A DNA stretch of 32,000 nt from Delftia acidovorans NBRC 14950. GTDB taxonomy: Bacteria > Pseudomonadota > Gammaproteobacteria > Burkholderiales > Burkholderiaceae_C. The position numbers and the translations under genes are program-made. Every line of letters starts with the position of its first letter. Position 1 is the first letter of the stretch. Location of the stretch: positions 60,001 to 92,000 of the forward strand of contig NZ_BCZP01000002.1 in NCBI RefSeq assembly GCF_001598795.1, given 5' to 3'. Of the stretch, positions 25,458-32,000 are shown in pieces. The notes beneath the pieces are model-generated. The model did not search any database and had not been told where the DNA came from. It worked only from the letters and a program-made list of their open reading frames with translations.

Positions 25458-26381
25458 ATGGCGAACGTGACCCTTGCCGCCGGCAGCGGCTTTGCCCCGC
25501 CCGGCAGCGGCGCCCGCCGCATTCCGCCCATACAGTGCCTGCTCACTTTCGAGGCGCTGGCGCGGCTGCGCAGCGTGACGCAGACGGCCGAGGAGCTGTG
25601 CGTCACGCCCAGCGCCGTCAGCCACCGCGTGCGCCAGCTCGAGCAGATCCTGGGCACGCGGCTGTTCGGCCGCTCGGACTTTTCGCTCACCACCGAAGGC
25701 AGCGCCTACCTGTCCCACGTGCGCGAGGGCCTGGGCGCGCTGCAGCGCTTTCCGGGCGAGGTGACGGCGCCGGGCCGCCGCAGGCTCAAGCTCGCCGTCA
25801 CGCCCACCTTTGCGCGCGTGATCCTGATCCCGCGCCTGCGCCAGTTCACGGAAACCTATCCCGAGATCGACATCGCCCTGCAGGTCTCCATCCCGCTGCT
25901 GGACGTGGTGGCCGAGGATGCCGACCTGATGGTGCGCTTCGGCCCCGGCCACTATGCCGATGTGGAGCACATCGAGCTGGCGCGCGACGTGGTCACGCCG
26001 CTGGCCTCGCCGGCCTTCATCCGCGAGCACGGCCCCTTCGAGCAGCCCCAGGACCTGGAAGGCATGCCCCTGCTGCGCAGCCCGCTGGAGCCCTGGCGCA
26101 CCTGGTTCGGCGCCACCGGCCTGGACTGGCCCGAGCCGCACGAGGGCTCGCAGTTCAACGACATCGGCCTGATGTGCGACGCGGCCTCGGCAGGCATGGG
26201 CATCGCCCTGGTGCGCCACAAGCTGGGCGCGCCCTGGCTGGACAACGGCACCCTGGTGCGCCTGTTCGACGTGGACACGGCCAGCCCCCATGCCCACTAC
26301 CTGTGCTGGCGTACCGGCACCATGGACCGCTGGGAATGCGCGGCCTTTGCTGAATGGTTGAAGAGGGCGATGGCCTGCTGA
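25458..26381 (+). CDS. LysR-family transcriptional regulator (GcvA-like)
   Basis: The N-terminal HTH is LLTFEALARLRSVTQTAEELCVTPSAVSHRVRQLEQILGTRLF, followed by a LysR substrate-binding domain. It starts 19 nt downstream of purU. Confidence 0.85.
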   Translation: MANVTLAAGSGFAPPGSGARRIPPIQCLLTFEALARLRSVTQTAEELCVTPSAVSHRVRQLEQILGTRLFGRSDFSLTTEGSAYLSHVREGLGALQRFPGEVTAPGRRRLKLAVTPTFARVILIPRLRQFTETYPEIDIALQVSIPLLDVVAEDADLMVRFGPGHYADVEHIELARDVVTPLASPAFIREHGPFEQPQDLEGMPLLRSPLEPWRTWFGATGLDWPEPHEGSQFNDIGLMCDAASAGMGIALVRHKLGAPWLDNGTLVRLFDVDTASPHAHYLCWRTGTMDRWECAAFAEWLKRAMAC

Positions 26382-26393
26382 GGCGCCCATAAC

Positions 26394-26429
26394 TGATTTC
26401 GCGGATTTCACGGATTTAGCGGATTTCAC
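26394..26429. repeat. 4 x 9-bp tandem repeat (GGATTTCAC-like)
   Basis: The units are tgatttcgc | ggatttcac | ggatttagc | ggatttcac. GATTT starts at 26395, 26404, 26413 and 26422, an exact 9-nt spacing. The repeat lies between the LysR stop (26381) and the glcD start (26500). Confidence 0.85.
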
Positions 26430-26499
26430 GCGCCGTTGCAATAAACATCAGCGCAGCCCCGCTGCACAAAGACGGCGGCATCGCCTAAAGTCAGGCTCC

Positions 26500-28053
26500 A
26501 TGACTCCCGCCAGCTCCCCAGCCAGCCCCGCTCCCGGCGCCATGGCGTCGGCCGCCGCCGATGCGGCCCACCAGCAGCCCACAGTCTCGGAGCGCGCACG
26601 GCGCCAGGCCGAGGTCGTGGCCGCGCTGGCCCGCCATGTGCCCGCCCATGCCCTGCTGTGGAACGCCGAGGACACCACGCCCTATGAATGCGACGGCCTC
26701 ACGGCTTACCGCCAGCGCCCGCTGGTGGTCTGCCTGCCCGAGACCGAGGCCCAGGTCCAGGCCGTGCTGCGAGCCTGCCACGCCATCCAGGTGCCCGTGA
26801 TCGCGCGTGGCGCGGGCACCGGGCTGTCGGGCGGTGCCTTGCCCCATCCCATGGGCGTGACGCTGTCGCTGGCCAAGTTCAACAAGATCCTCCAGGTCGA
26901 TGCGGCCAGCCGCACGGCCGTGGTGCAGTGCGGCGTGCGCAACCTGGCCATCAGCGAGGCCGCCGCGCCCTTCGGCCTGTACTACGCGCCCGATCCCAGC
27001 AGCCAGATCGCCTGCACCATCGGCGGCAACGTGGCCGAGAACTCGGGCGGCGTGCACTGCCTCAAGTACGGGCTGACGGTGCACAACGTGCTCAAGGTGC
27101 GCGGCTTCACCGTGGAGGGCGAGCCGGTGGAGTTCGGCTCCACGGCGCTGGACACGCCGGGCTTCGACCTGCTGGCCATCCTGGTCGGCAGCGAGGGCAT
27201 GCTGGCCGTGACCACCGAAGTCACCGTGCGCCTGATCCCCAAGCCCCAGCTGGCGCGCTGCATCATGGCCAGCTTCGACGACGTGCGCAAGGCCGGCGAC
27301 GCCGTGGCCGCCGTGATCGCGGCCGGCATCATCCCGGCCGGGCTGGAGATGATGGACAAGCCCATGACGGCCGCCGTCGAGGACTTCGTCAAGGCCGGCT
27401 ACGACCTCACGGCCGAGGCCATCTTGCTGTGCGAGAGCGACGGCACGCCAGAGGAAGTCGAGGAAGAGATCGCCCACATGAGCGAAGTGCTGCGCAGCGC
27501 GGGCGCCACGGCCATCACGGTGAGCGAAAGCGAGGCCGAGCGCCTGCGCTTCTGGAGCGGGCGCAAGAACGCCTTTCCCGCCAGCGGGCGCATCAGCCCC
27601 GACTACATGTGCATGGACTCCACCATCCCGCGCAAGCGCCTGGCCGACATCCTGCTGGCCATCCAGGAGATGGAAAAGAAATACGGCCTGCGCTGCGCCA
27701 ACGTCTTCCACGCGGGCGACGGCAACCTGCACCCGCTGATCCTGTTCGATGCCAACGACCCCGACGAGCTGCACCGCTGTGAGCTGTTCGGCGCCGACAT
27801 CCTGGAGACCAGCGTGGCCATGGGCGGCACGGTCACGGGCGAGCATGGCGTGGGCGTGGAAAAGCTCAACTCCATGTGCACCCAGTTCACCACGGCCGAG
27901 AACGACCAGATGTTCGCGCTCAAGGCCGCCTTCGACCCGCAGGCCTTGCTCAACCCCGGCAAGGTGATTCCCACGCTCAACCGCTGCGCCGAGTACGGAA
28001 AGATGCTGGTGCGCGGCGGCCAGATCTCACACCCGGACCTGCCGAGATTCTGA
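26500..28053 (+). CDS. glcD: FAD-linked glycolate oxidase subunit GlcD
   Basis: The FAD-binding PCMH domain has RGAGTGLSGGALP. The C-terminus NPGKVIPTLNRCAEYGKMLVRGGQISHPDLPRF is collinear with the remembered E. coli GlcD end (...NPGKNIPTLHRCAEFG...PELERF). The start is ambiguous: 26500, or ATG 26542. Confidence 0.85.
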   Translation: MTPASSPASPAPGAMASAAADAAHQQPTVSERARRQAEVVAALARHVPAHALLWNAEDTTPYECDGLTAYRQRPLVVCLPETEAQVQAVLRACHAIQVPVIARGAGTGLSGGALPHPMGVTLSLAKFNKILQVDAASRTAVVQCGVRNLAISEAAAPFGLYYAPDPSSQIACTIGGNVAENSGGVHCLKYGLTVHNVLKVRGFTVEGEPVEFGSTALDTPGFDLLAILVGSEGMLAVTTEVTVRLIPKPQLARCIMASFDDVRKAGDAVAAVIAAGIIPAGLEMMDKPMTAAVEDFVKAGYDLTAEAILLCESDGTPEEVEEEIAHMSEVLRSAGATAITVSESEAERLRFWSGRKNAFPASGRISPDYMCMDSTIPRKRLADILLAIQEMEKKYGLRCANVFHAGDGNLHPLILFDANDPDELHRCELFGADILETSVAMGGTVTGEHGVGVEKLNSMCTQFTTAENDQMFALKAAFDPQALLNPGKVIPTLNRCAEYGKMLVRGGQISHPDLPRF

Positions 28054-28059
28054 GGCGCG

Positions 28060-28143
28060 GTGCAACCGGCGACGTGCAACGGGCGCGGTGCAACCGGCTC
28101 CGTGCAAAGAGCACTGTGCAACGAGAGGCATGCAACCCGCTGG
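28060..28143. repeat. 6 x 14-bp tandem array with conserved GTGCAAC core
   Basis: The units are gtgcaaccggcgac / gtgcaacgggcgcg / gtgcaaccggctcc / gtgcaaagagcact / gtgcaacgagaggc / atgcaacccgctgg. They start at 28060, 28074, 28088, 28102, 28116 and 28130. The array occupies the whole gap between the glcD stop (28053) and the stop of the minus-strand gene (28144). Confidence 0.9.
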
Positions 28144-29166
28144 TCACGGCTGCTGCAGGCAGCGCAGCCACAGCCCATCGAGCGCGCGGGCCAGCGCAGC
28201 TTCCTGCCGGGGCACGGCCAGGTCCTCCGCGAGGTCTTCGATCATGGCCTCCAGTGGTACGGCATGGGACAGGGTGCGCATGCCGCATTCCATCGCCAAG
28301 GCGGTGTCCAGGTAGGCCACGCGCGCGCCGGCCACGCCCCAGCGCGTGAGTTCGCGCACACGGCCGACCTGGTTCAGCCGCAGGCGCATCGCCTCCAGCC
28401 GCTCGGCCAGGGATCTGCGGATGCGCTCCCCTGTCTCGGGCCGGTCCTCCTCCAGTCTGCGCAGCGCCGCCTCCTGCTGCTCTAGCGTGCGCTCCAGCGC
28501 CCGCAGAGCCGCCTCGCGCCCCAGCCGGGCCTCGTCGTAGCGCGGCAGGGCTGCACGCATGCGCTCCAGCGTCTGCTTGCGTTCACGTGCGTAGACCGGC
28601 TCGGCGGGGCGCCCGGAGCGCACGCAAGCGTCGGCGGCCAGCACCAGCCGCTGCGGAGCTGCTTCGGCGCCCAGCCCTTGCGGACGGAAGCTGCGGCAGT
28701 CTGTCATTTCCTCCAGCATGCGCAGGTCTTCCAGGTGCAGGCGCATGCGTTCCGCGTCCTTCTGCGCCTCAAGCCGATGGCGACCCAGCATCTCCTGGCG
28801 CTGGCGCTCCAGCATCAGCAATTCGCGCCAGCCGCCACGCAGCCGGGCCTCGAACCGCGCCTGCTCGCCATCGGCCGCTTGCTGCAGCTGCTCGGCATCC
28901 TGGCGCAGACGCAGCTGCAGGTATTCATGCGTGCCTGATCTCTCGCAGGTGTACTCGACGATGCGCCCGCCGCTTCCATCGCCCACGCTGCGCCATGCAC
29001 TGCGCGCGCATGCGTTCCTCTCCTGGAGCACCTGGCCTATCGAAACCCCCGATGCACCGCCCCAGGACGCGGCCCGCACCGCCAGGACATCACCGTCGTC
29101 ACCGCCGCAACCGCCCAGCACCAGTACAAGGCTCGAGGGCAGCAGCCACACTCGTTGCCAACGCAT
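28144..29166 (-). CDS. Hypothetical lipoprotein with a long Arg/Glu/Leu/Ala-rich helical region
   Basis: The ATG is at 29166, with GGGGGAG upstream. The N-terminus MRWQRVWLLPSSLVLVLGGC looks like a signal peptide plus lipobox. The rest is predicted helical or coiled-coil-like (LERQRQEMLGRHRLEAQKDAERMRLHLEDLRMLEE...). I recognise no family. Its N-terminal codons are less G/C-ending than those of neighbouring genes. Confidence 0.55.
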   Translation of the reverse strand: MRWQRVWLLPSSLVLVLGGCGGDDGDVLAVRAASWGGASGVSIGQVLQERNACARSAWRSVGDGSGGRIVEYTCERSGTHEYLQLRLRQDAEQLQQAADGEQARFEARLRGGWRELLMLERQRQEMLGRHRLEAQKDAERMRLHLEDLRMLEEMTDCRSFRPQGLGAEAAPQRLVLAADACVRSGRPAEPVYARERKQTLERMRAALPRYDEARLGREAALRALERTLEQQEAALRRLEEDRPETGERIRRSLAERLEAMRLRLNQVGRVRELTRWGVAGARVAYLDTALAMECGMRTLSHAVPLEAMIEDLAEDLAVPRQEAALARALDGLWLRCLQQP

Positions 29167-29201
29167 TTGCTCCCCCGTGCATGTGATTTCCAGATCGATG
29201 G

Positions 29202-29218
29202 TTGATATTAACTATCAA
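29202..29218. promoter_or_regulatory. Palindrome TTGATA-N5-TATCAA in the AT-rich divergent control region
   Basis: TTGATA (29202-29207) and TATCAA (29213-29218) are exact inverted repeats. TATCAAT recurs at 29239-29245. Confidence 0.4.
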
Positions 29219-29225
29219 TCAAAAA

Positions 29226-29256
29226 GAGATGTGATTTTTATCAATACTCACATCTC
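29226..29256. promoter_or_regulatory. Operator-like inverted repeat GAGATGTGA-N13-TCACATCTC
   Basis: There are perfect 9-bp arms at 29226-29234 and 29248-29256. It lies between the divergent lipoprotein (start 29166) and XRE (start 29285) genes. Confidence 0.45.
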
Positions 29257-29284
29257 AATCAGACCAATCCCATAGCGTTCGCGC

Positions 29285-29707
29285 ATGCAGGATGCAAAGC
29301 AGCGGTTTGCTCAAAAATTACGTGATTCGATGCAGGCCCAGGGCTATGAAGCCAGGCCTGCCGTGCTGGAGCACGAGTTCAATTCCCGTTTCTGGGGCAA
29401 GCCCATGTCCCAGCACGGCGTGCGCCTTTGGCTGGTTGGCAAGACCATGCCCAACGCCAAGAAACTCGCTGCGCTCGCCGACTGGCTGCAGGTGCCGCTG
29501 GAGGAGTTCCTGCGCTCGCCGCAGCAGGTTCGCGAGGTGCGCGAACCCAAGAGCGCCTGGTCCGCAGGCCTGGGCTATGAGGACAACGAGCTGTTCAAGA
29601 TCTACCTGCGCCTTCCCGTGCCCAAGCGCCGGCTGGCGCGCGACGTGATCCTGGCCATTGCGCGCGCCCATGATGCCGAGGAAGCGGAACGCGCCGCAGG
29701 CTCGTAG
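29285..29707 (+). CDS. XRE/Cro-CI-type helix-turn-helix transcriptional regulator
   Basis: The N-terminal ~75 aa fit the HTH_3 pattern (FAQKLRDSM...MSQHGVRLWLVGKTMPNAKKLAALADWLQVPLEEFL). The C-terminal half is unrecognisable. It has many A/T-ending codons and no obvious SD. Confidence 0.65.
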   Translation: MQDAKQRFAQKLRDSMQAQGYEARPAVLEHEFNSRFWGKPMSQHGVRLWLVGKTMPNAKKLAALADWLQVPLEEFLRSPQQVREVREPKSAWSAGLGYEDNELFKIYLRLPVPKRRLARDVILAIARAHDAEEAERAAGS

Positions 29708-29744
29708 CCAGGCGGCGCGTCGGGTTTGCATTGATCCGGCACCT

Positions 29745-29762
29745 GCGGGGCACGGGCCCCGC
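29745..29762. terminator. GC-rich hairpin between the convergent XRE and DUF4148 genes
   Basis: gcggggc (29745-29751) pairs with gccccgc (29756-29762) around loop acgg. There is no U-run on either side, so terminator function is uncertain. Confidence 0.3.
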
Positions 29763-29769
29763 CTGCGCA

Positions 29770-30120
29770 TCAGCCACCCATGGCACGCTGGCGTGCATCG
29801 CGCTGGGCAGGCGTTTCGTTGATCAGTTCATTGATCACTTCCTGGCGTGTCTTGCCCGCGCCGGTCTGCGGTGCGGGAGCCGGATAGACGCTGGCATTGA
29901 AGCGCGAAGTGCCGCCCTGGCGCACGGCTGCCTCGGCCTCGGCCGTCACCTGGGCGCGTGTCTTGCTGCTCTTGAAATGCTCGGGGTGGACGACGGCGCC
30001 CGCCTCGTTGTTGGCCGGGTGGATGTATCCGGCCGCCGATGCCATGCCGGGCAGCAGCAGCGCTGCCGATGCGGCCAGGCCGGCGATGAGGGTGGCGGGG
30101 GTGAAGCGGCGTTGCGACAT
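29770..30120 (-). CDS. DUF4148-like small secreted protein
   Basis: ATG 30120 is preceded by AAGGAA. The signal peptide ends ...GMASAAG. Two KTRAQV/KTRQEV...EL-type segments are typical of DUF4148 proteins of Burkholderiales, recalled from memory. Confidence 0.6.
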   Translation of the reverse strand: MSQRRFTPATLIAGLAASAALLLPGMASAAGYIHPANNEAGAVVHPEHFKSSKTRAQVTAEAEAAVRQGGTSRFNASVYPAPAPQTGAGKTRQEVINELINETPAQRDARQRAMGG

Positions 30121-30297
30121 GATGTGATTCCTTTCAGGCACGTTGGTAATTCGTTCTCCCCACGCCCCGCGATGCGGAACGCCGAGGAGAGGACTCCAAT
30201 GTAGAAATCACGTGCCCACACCAGCCCCACAGGATGGTGACATTGCTGTCATACAACCGACACAGATGACCGCGCCACGGTGGCGCCTCGGCGCTCG

Positions 30298-31050
30298 TCA
30301 CCCCCGGTACTGCGCACGCGCTCGGCCGGGCGCCAGAGGGTCCAGGCGCACGTCCAGCAGGCCCTCGGCATCGCCCGCGATGCGCGCCAGCGTCTGGCCG
30401 AAGGGATCGGCGAACTGGCTTTCGCCGCAGAAGGCGTAGCTGTCGCCGGGACCGGCGCGGTTGGCCATGGCGATGTAGCACTGGTTGTCCATGGCGCGCA
30501 CGGGCACGGCGTGGCGATGGATGTGGCCGTAGGGGTGCATCATCCCGTCCATCAGCACGATCAGGTCCACGCCCTGCACGCCCAGGGCGCGGGCCGGTAC
30601 CGGAAACTCGATGTCGAAGCAGATCAGCATTCCCACTCGCAGGCCGCGCCATGTGCAGACGGGCTGGCGATCTCCGGCCTCGAAGACCCCGTGGTCCGAG
30701 TCGTAGAGCATGGTCTTGCGGTAGTGCAGCAGCACCTGCCCGTCGGCATCGATCAGCAGGCCGGCATTGAAGTGGCGGCCCCGGTCCGCTTCGGCCAGGC
30801 CGATGGCGACGGCCACGCCGGCTTGCCGCGCGGCCTCGCGCAGCGCGGTGGCCGAGGGGCCGTCCAGCGGCTCGGCCAGCTGCGCCACGTTGTCCGGCCG
30901 GGGAAATCCGCTGATGCAGGTTTCGGGAAAGACCAGCAGGTCGGCCTGCCCTGCGCTGGCCCTGATCGTCTTCAGCGTCATCGCCAGGTTGCCGGCAATG
31001 TCGCCGTCGCGCAGACGGGGCTGGATGATGCGGATGCGGTGCTCCGTCAT
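30298..31050 (-). CDS. Carbon-nitrogen hydrolase (nitrilase superfamily) protein
   Basis: ATG 31050 is preceded by AAGGAG. The Glu-Lys-Cys triad contexts are LVFPETCISGF, HYRKTMLYD and GMLICFDIEFP. Its ATG overlaps the upstream permease stop as ATGA. Confidence 0.85.
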   Translation of the reverse strand: MTEHRIRIIQPRLRDGDIAGNLAMTLKTIRASAGQADLLVFPETCISGFPRPDNVAQLAEPLDGPSATALREAARQAGVAVAIGLAEADRGRHFNAGLLIDADGQVLLHYRKTMLYDSDHGVFEAGDRQPVCTWRGLRVGMLICFDIEFPVPARALGVQGVDLIVLMDGMMHPYGHIHRHAVPVRAMDNQCYIAMANRAGPGDSYAFCGESQFADPFGQTLARIAGDAEGLLDVRLDPLAPGRARAQYRG

Positions 31051-32000
31051 GGTGTGCGCTCCTTGAGATGCAAAGGGTGGCTGTCCTGCCGCGGCTGGCA
31101 ACTGGCGGCCTCCTCGGCCTGCAGATCCAGGTTGCGGGCCAGCACCCAGTAAAGGCCGCCGGCTACGAGAATGCCCGGCAGCCAGGCGAAGTCCACGCCG
31201 CCGAGCCGCTGCGCAGCCCAGCCGATGAAGACCGCATGGCCATCCGTGGCGTCGTGGATGTGGAAGAAGGGCACCATGGCCGCAAAGCCGCCCAGATAGG
31301 CGCAGATGCCGCGCCAGCCCCAGGCGCCGTAGATGCCTTGTGGCGTGAAGAAATCGGCGATGGCGTAGCGGCCCTTGCGCACCAGGAAATAGTCCACGAG
31401 GTTGACCGCCGTCCACGGCACCAGGAAGTACAGCAGCAGCGCCAGGAAGGAGTGCAGCAATGCCACGCCGCTGCCCTGGATGGACAGCACGCACGCGAGG
31501 ATGGCGGCGCTGATGGCGGCGATGGCACCGATGCGTGCACCGAGTGTGCCGAGTGCTTTGCGTGCACTGCGCGTGGGGCGCAGGCCGCCCAGCGAATCCG
31601 CTGCCGTGAGCACGGTCAGCGCCGCGCTGTAGGTGTTGAGGGCGATGATGGGCACGAAGGCCACGACGGCCAGGGCAGGCAGCAGCCGGTCCGCGACCGG
31701 GAACAGGCCGGTGCCGATCCGTCCCAGCGCCGCCAGCGCGTCGCCGGCCTGCAGCCGCTGCGCCATCCACGCGCCCAGCCCGATCATCCAGGCCCCGGAC
31801 AGCGATGCGCCCAGGAAGATGGCTGCGATCAGGCGCCGGGGCGCGGTATGGCGCGGCAGGTACCGCGAATAGTCGGACACATAGGGCGCATAGGAGATGT
31901 TGTAGCTGGCAGCGATGGTGAACTGCGCGGCAAAGGCGCTCCATGCGAATCCTGGCAATGGCTCCGGCCGAACGTGCAAGGCGGGCTCGCCCACGCCTGC
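31047..32000 (-). CDS. NCS1-family (purine-cytosine/allantoin-type) permease, 5' end outside the window
   Basis: The frame stays open to nt 32000, and the listed start at 31994 is only a GTG. The protein is multi-TM and has YAPYVSDYSRYLP, typical of cytosine/purine permeases. It is translationally coupled to the nitrilase-family gene. Confidence 0.8.
   Translation of the reverse strand, partial: AGVGEPALHVRPEPLPGFAWSAFAAQFTIAASYNISYAPYVSDYSRYLPRHTAPRRLIAAIFLGASLSGAWMIGLGAWMAQRLQAGDALAALGRIGTGLFPVADRLLPALAVVAFVPIIALNTYSAALTVLTAADSLGGLRPTRSARKALGTLGARIGAIAAISAAILACVLSIQGSGVALLHSFLALLLYFLVPWTAVNLVDYFLVRKGRYAIADFFTPQGIYGAWGWRGICAYLGGFAAMVPFFHIHDATDGHAVFIGWAAQRLGGVDFAWLPGILVAGGLYWVLARNLDLQAEEAASCQPRQDSHPLHLKERTP

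Noticed and set aside
22516-25693. A 729-aa plus-strand ORF (22516-24705) and a 689-aa minus-strand ORF (23624-25693) overlapping the GGDEF-EAL and purU genes.
   Set aside because: This is the same GC artefact. Both overlap motif-supported genes on the opposite strand or in another frame and have no motifs of their own.
25407-26441. A minus-strand ORF beginning MQRRVKSAKSVKSAKSV..., which looks like a repeat-containing peptide.
   Set aside because: The KSAKSV repeat is simply the translation of the 9-bp DNA tandem repeat. The rest of the ORF is antisense to the well-supported LysR gene.
28054-28143. The 14-bp array considered as a CRISPR array, or as stacked sigma-54 promoters (GTTGCAC on the minus strand contains TTGCA).
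   Set aside because: The 7-nt repeats and 7-nt spacers are far too short for CRISPR, and no cas genes are present. For sigma-54, the GCAC-to-TTGC spacing would be 8 nt instead of 5, and no TGG precedes the GCAC.
29229-29256. TGTGA ... TCACA within the large palindrome, which looks like a CRP/cAMP receptor site.
   Set aside because: The CRP consensus is TGTGA-N6-TCACA, and here the half-sites are 13 nt apart, so it does not fit a CRP dimer.
1-32000. A search for mobile elements, prophage remnants, integrons, toxin-antitoxin pairs or defence-system genes.
   Set aside because: I recognised no integrase, transposase, recombinase, terminal inverted repeats, tRNA attachment site, nuclease/helicase/methylase modules or small toxin partner next to the XRE gene.

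Overview
This is a strongly GC-rich chromosomal segment with mostly G/C-ending codons. Gene content and order point to a betaproteobacterium of the Burkholderiales, probably Comamonadaceae: rsmI<>yraN-diaA-dolP, pilT/pilU beside yggS, norR<>hmp with a sigma-54 promoter, a DUF4148 protein, and LivJ/TetR/LysR-type genes. That placement is inference only, since no database was searched. I call 29 protein-coding genes, two of them cut by the window edges. I found no rRNA, tRNA, transposase, integrase or CRISPR. Most of the window is ordinary core DNA. Four things deserve a second look. (1) In the 28.05-30.3 kb stretch after glcD, a perfectly phased 14-bp tandem array (6 x GTGCAAC-N7) fills an entire convergent intergenic gap. 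It is followed by a small islet (unrecognisable helical lipoprotein, XRE-type regulator, DUF4148 protein) built around a sharply AT-rich, palindrome-dense control region with a recurring ATGTGATTTC-like motif. (2) A stand-alone cyclic-nucleotide-binding-domain protein sits between pilT and pilU. (3) A TetR-associated divergon encodes an acyl-CoA synthetase, a single-polypeptide BC-BCCP-CT acyl-CoA carboxylase and a class-V aminotransferase. (4) A 4 x 9-bp tandem repeat lies in front of glcD. None of these can be shown to be novel from the sequence alone. The many long antisense ORFs in the track are GC-composition artefacts.
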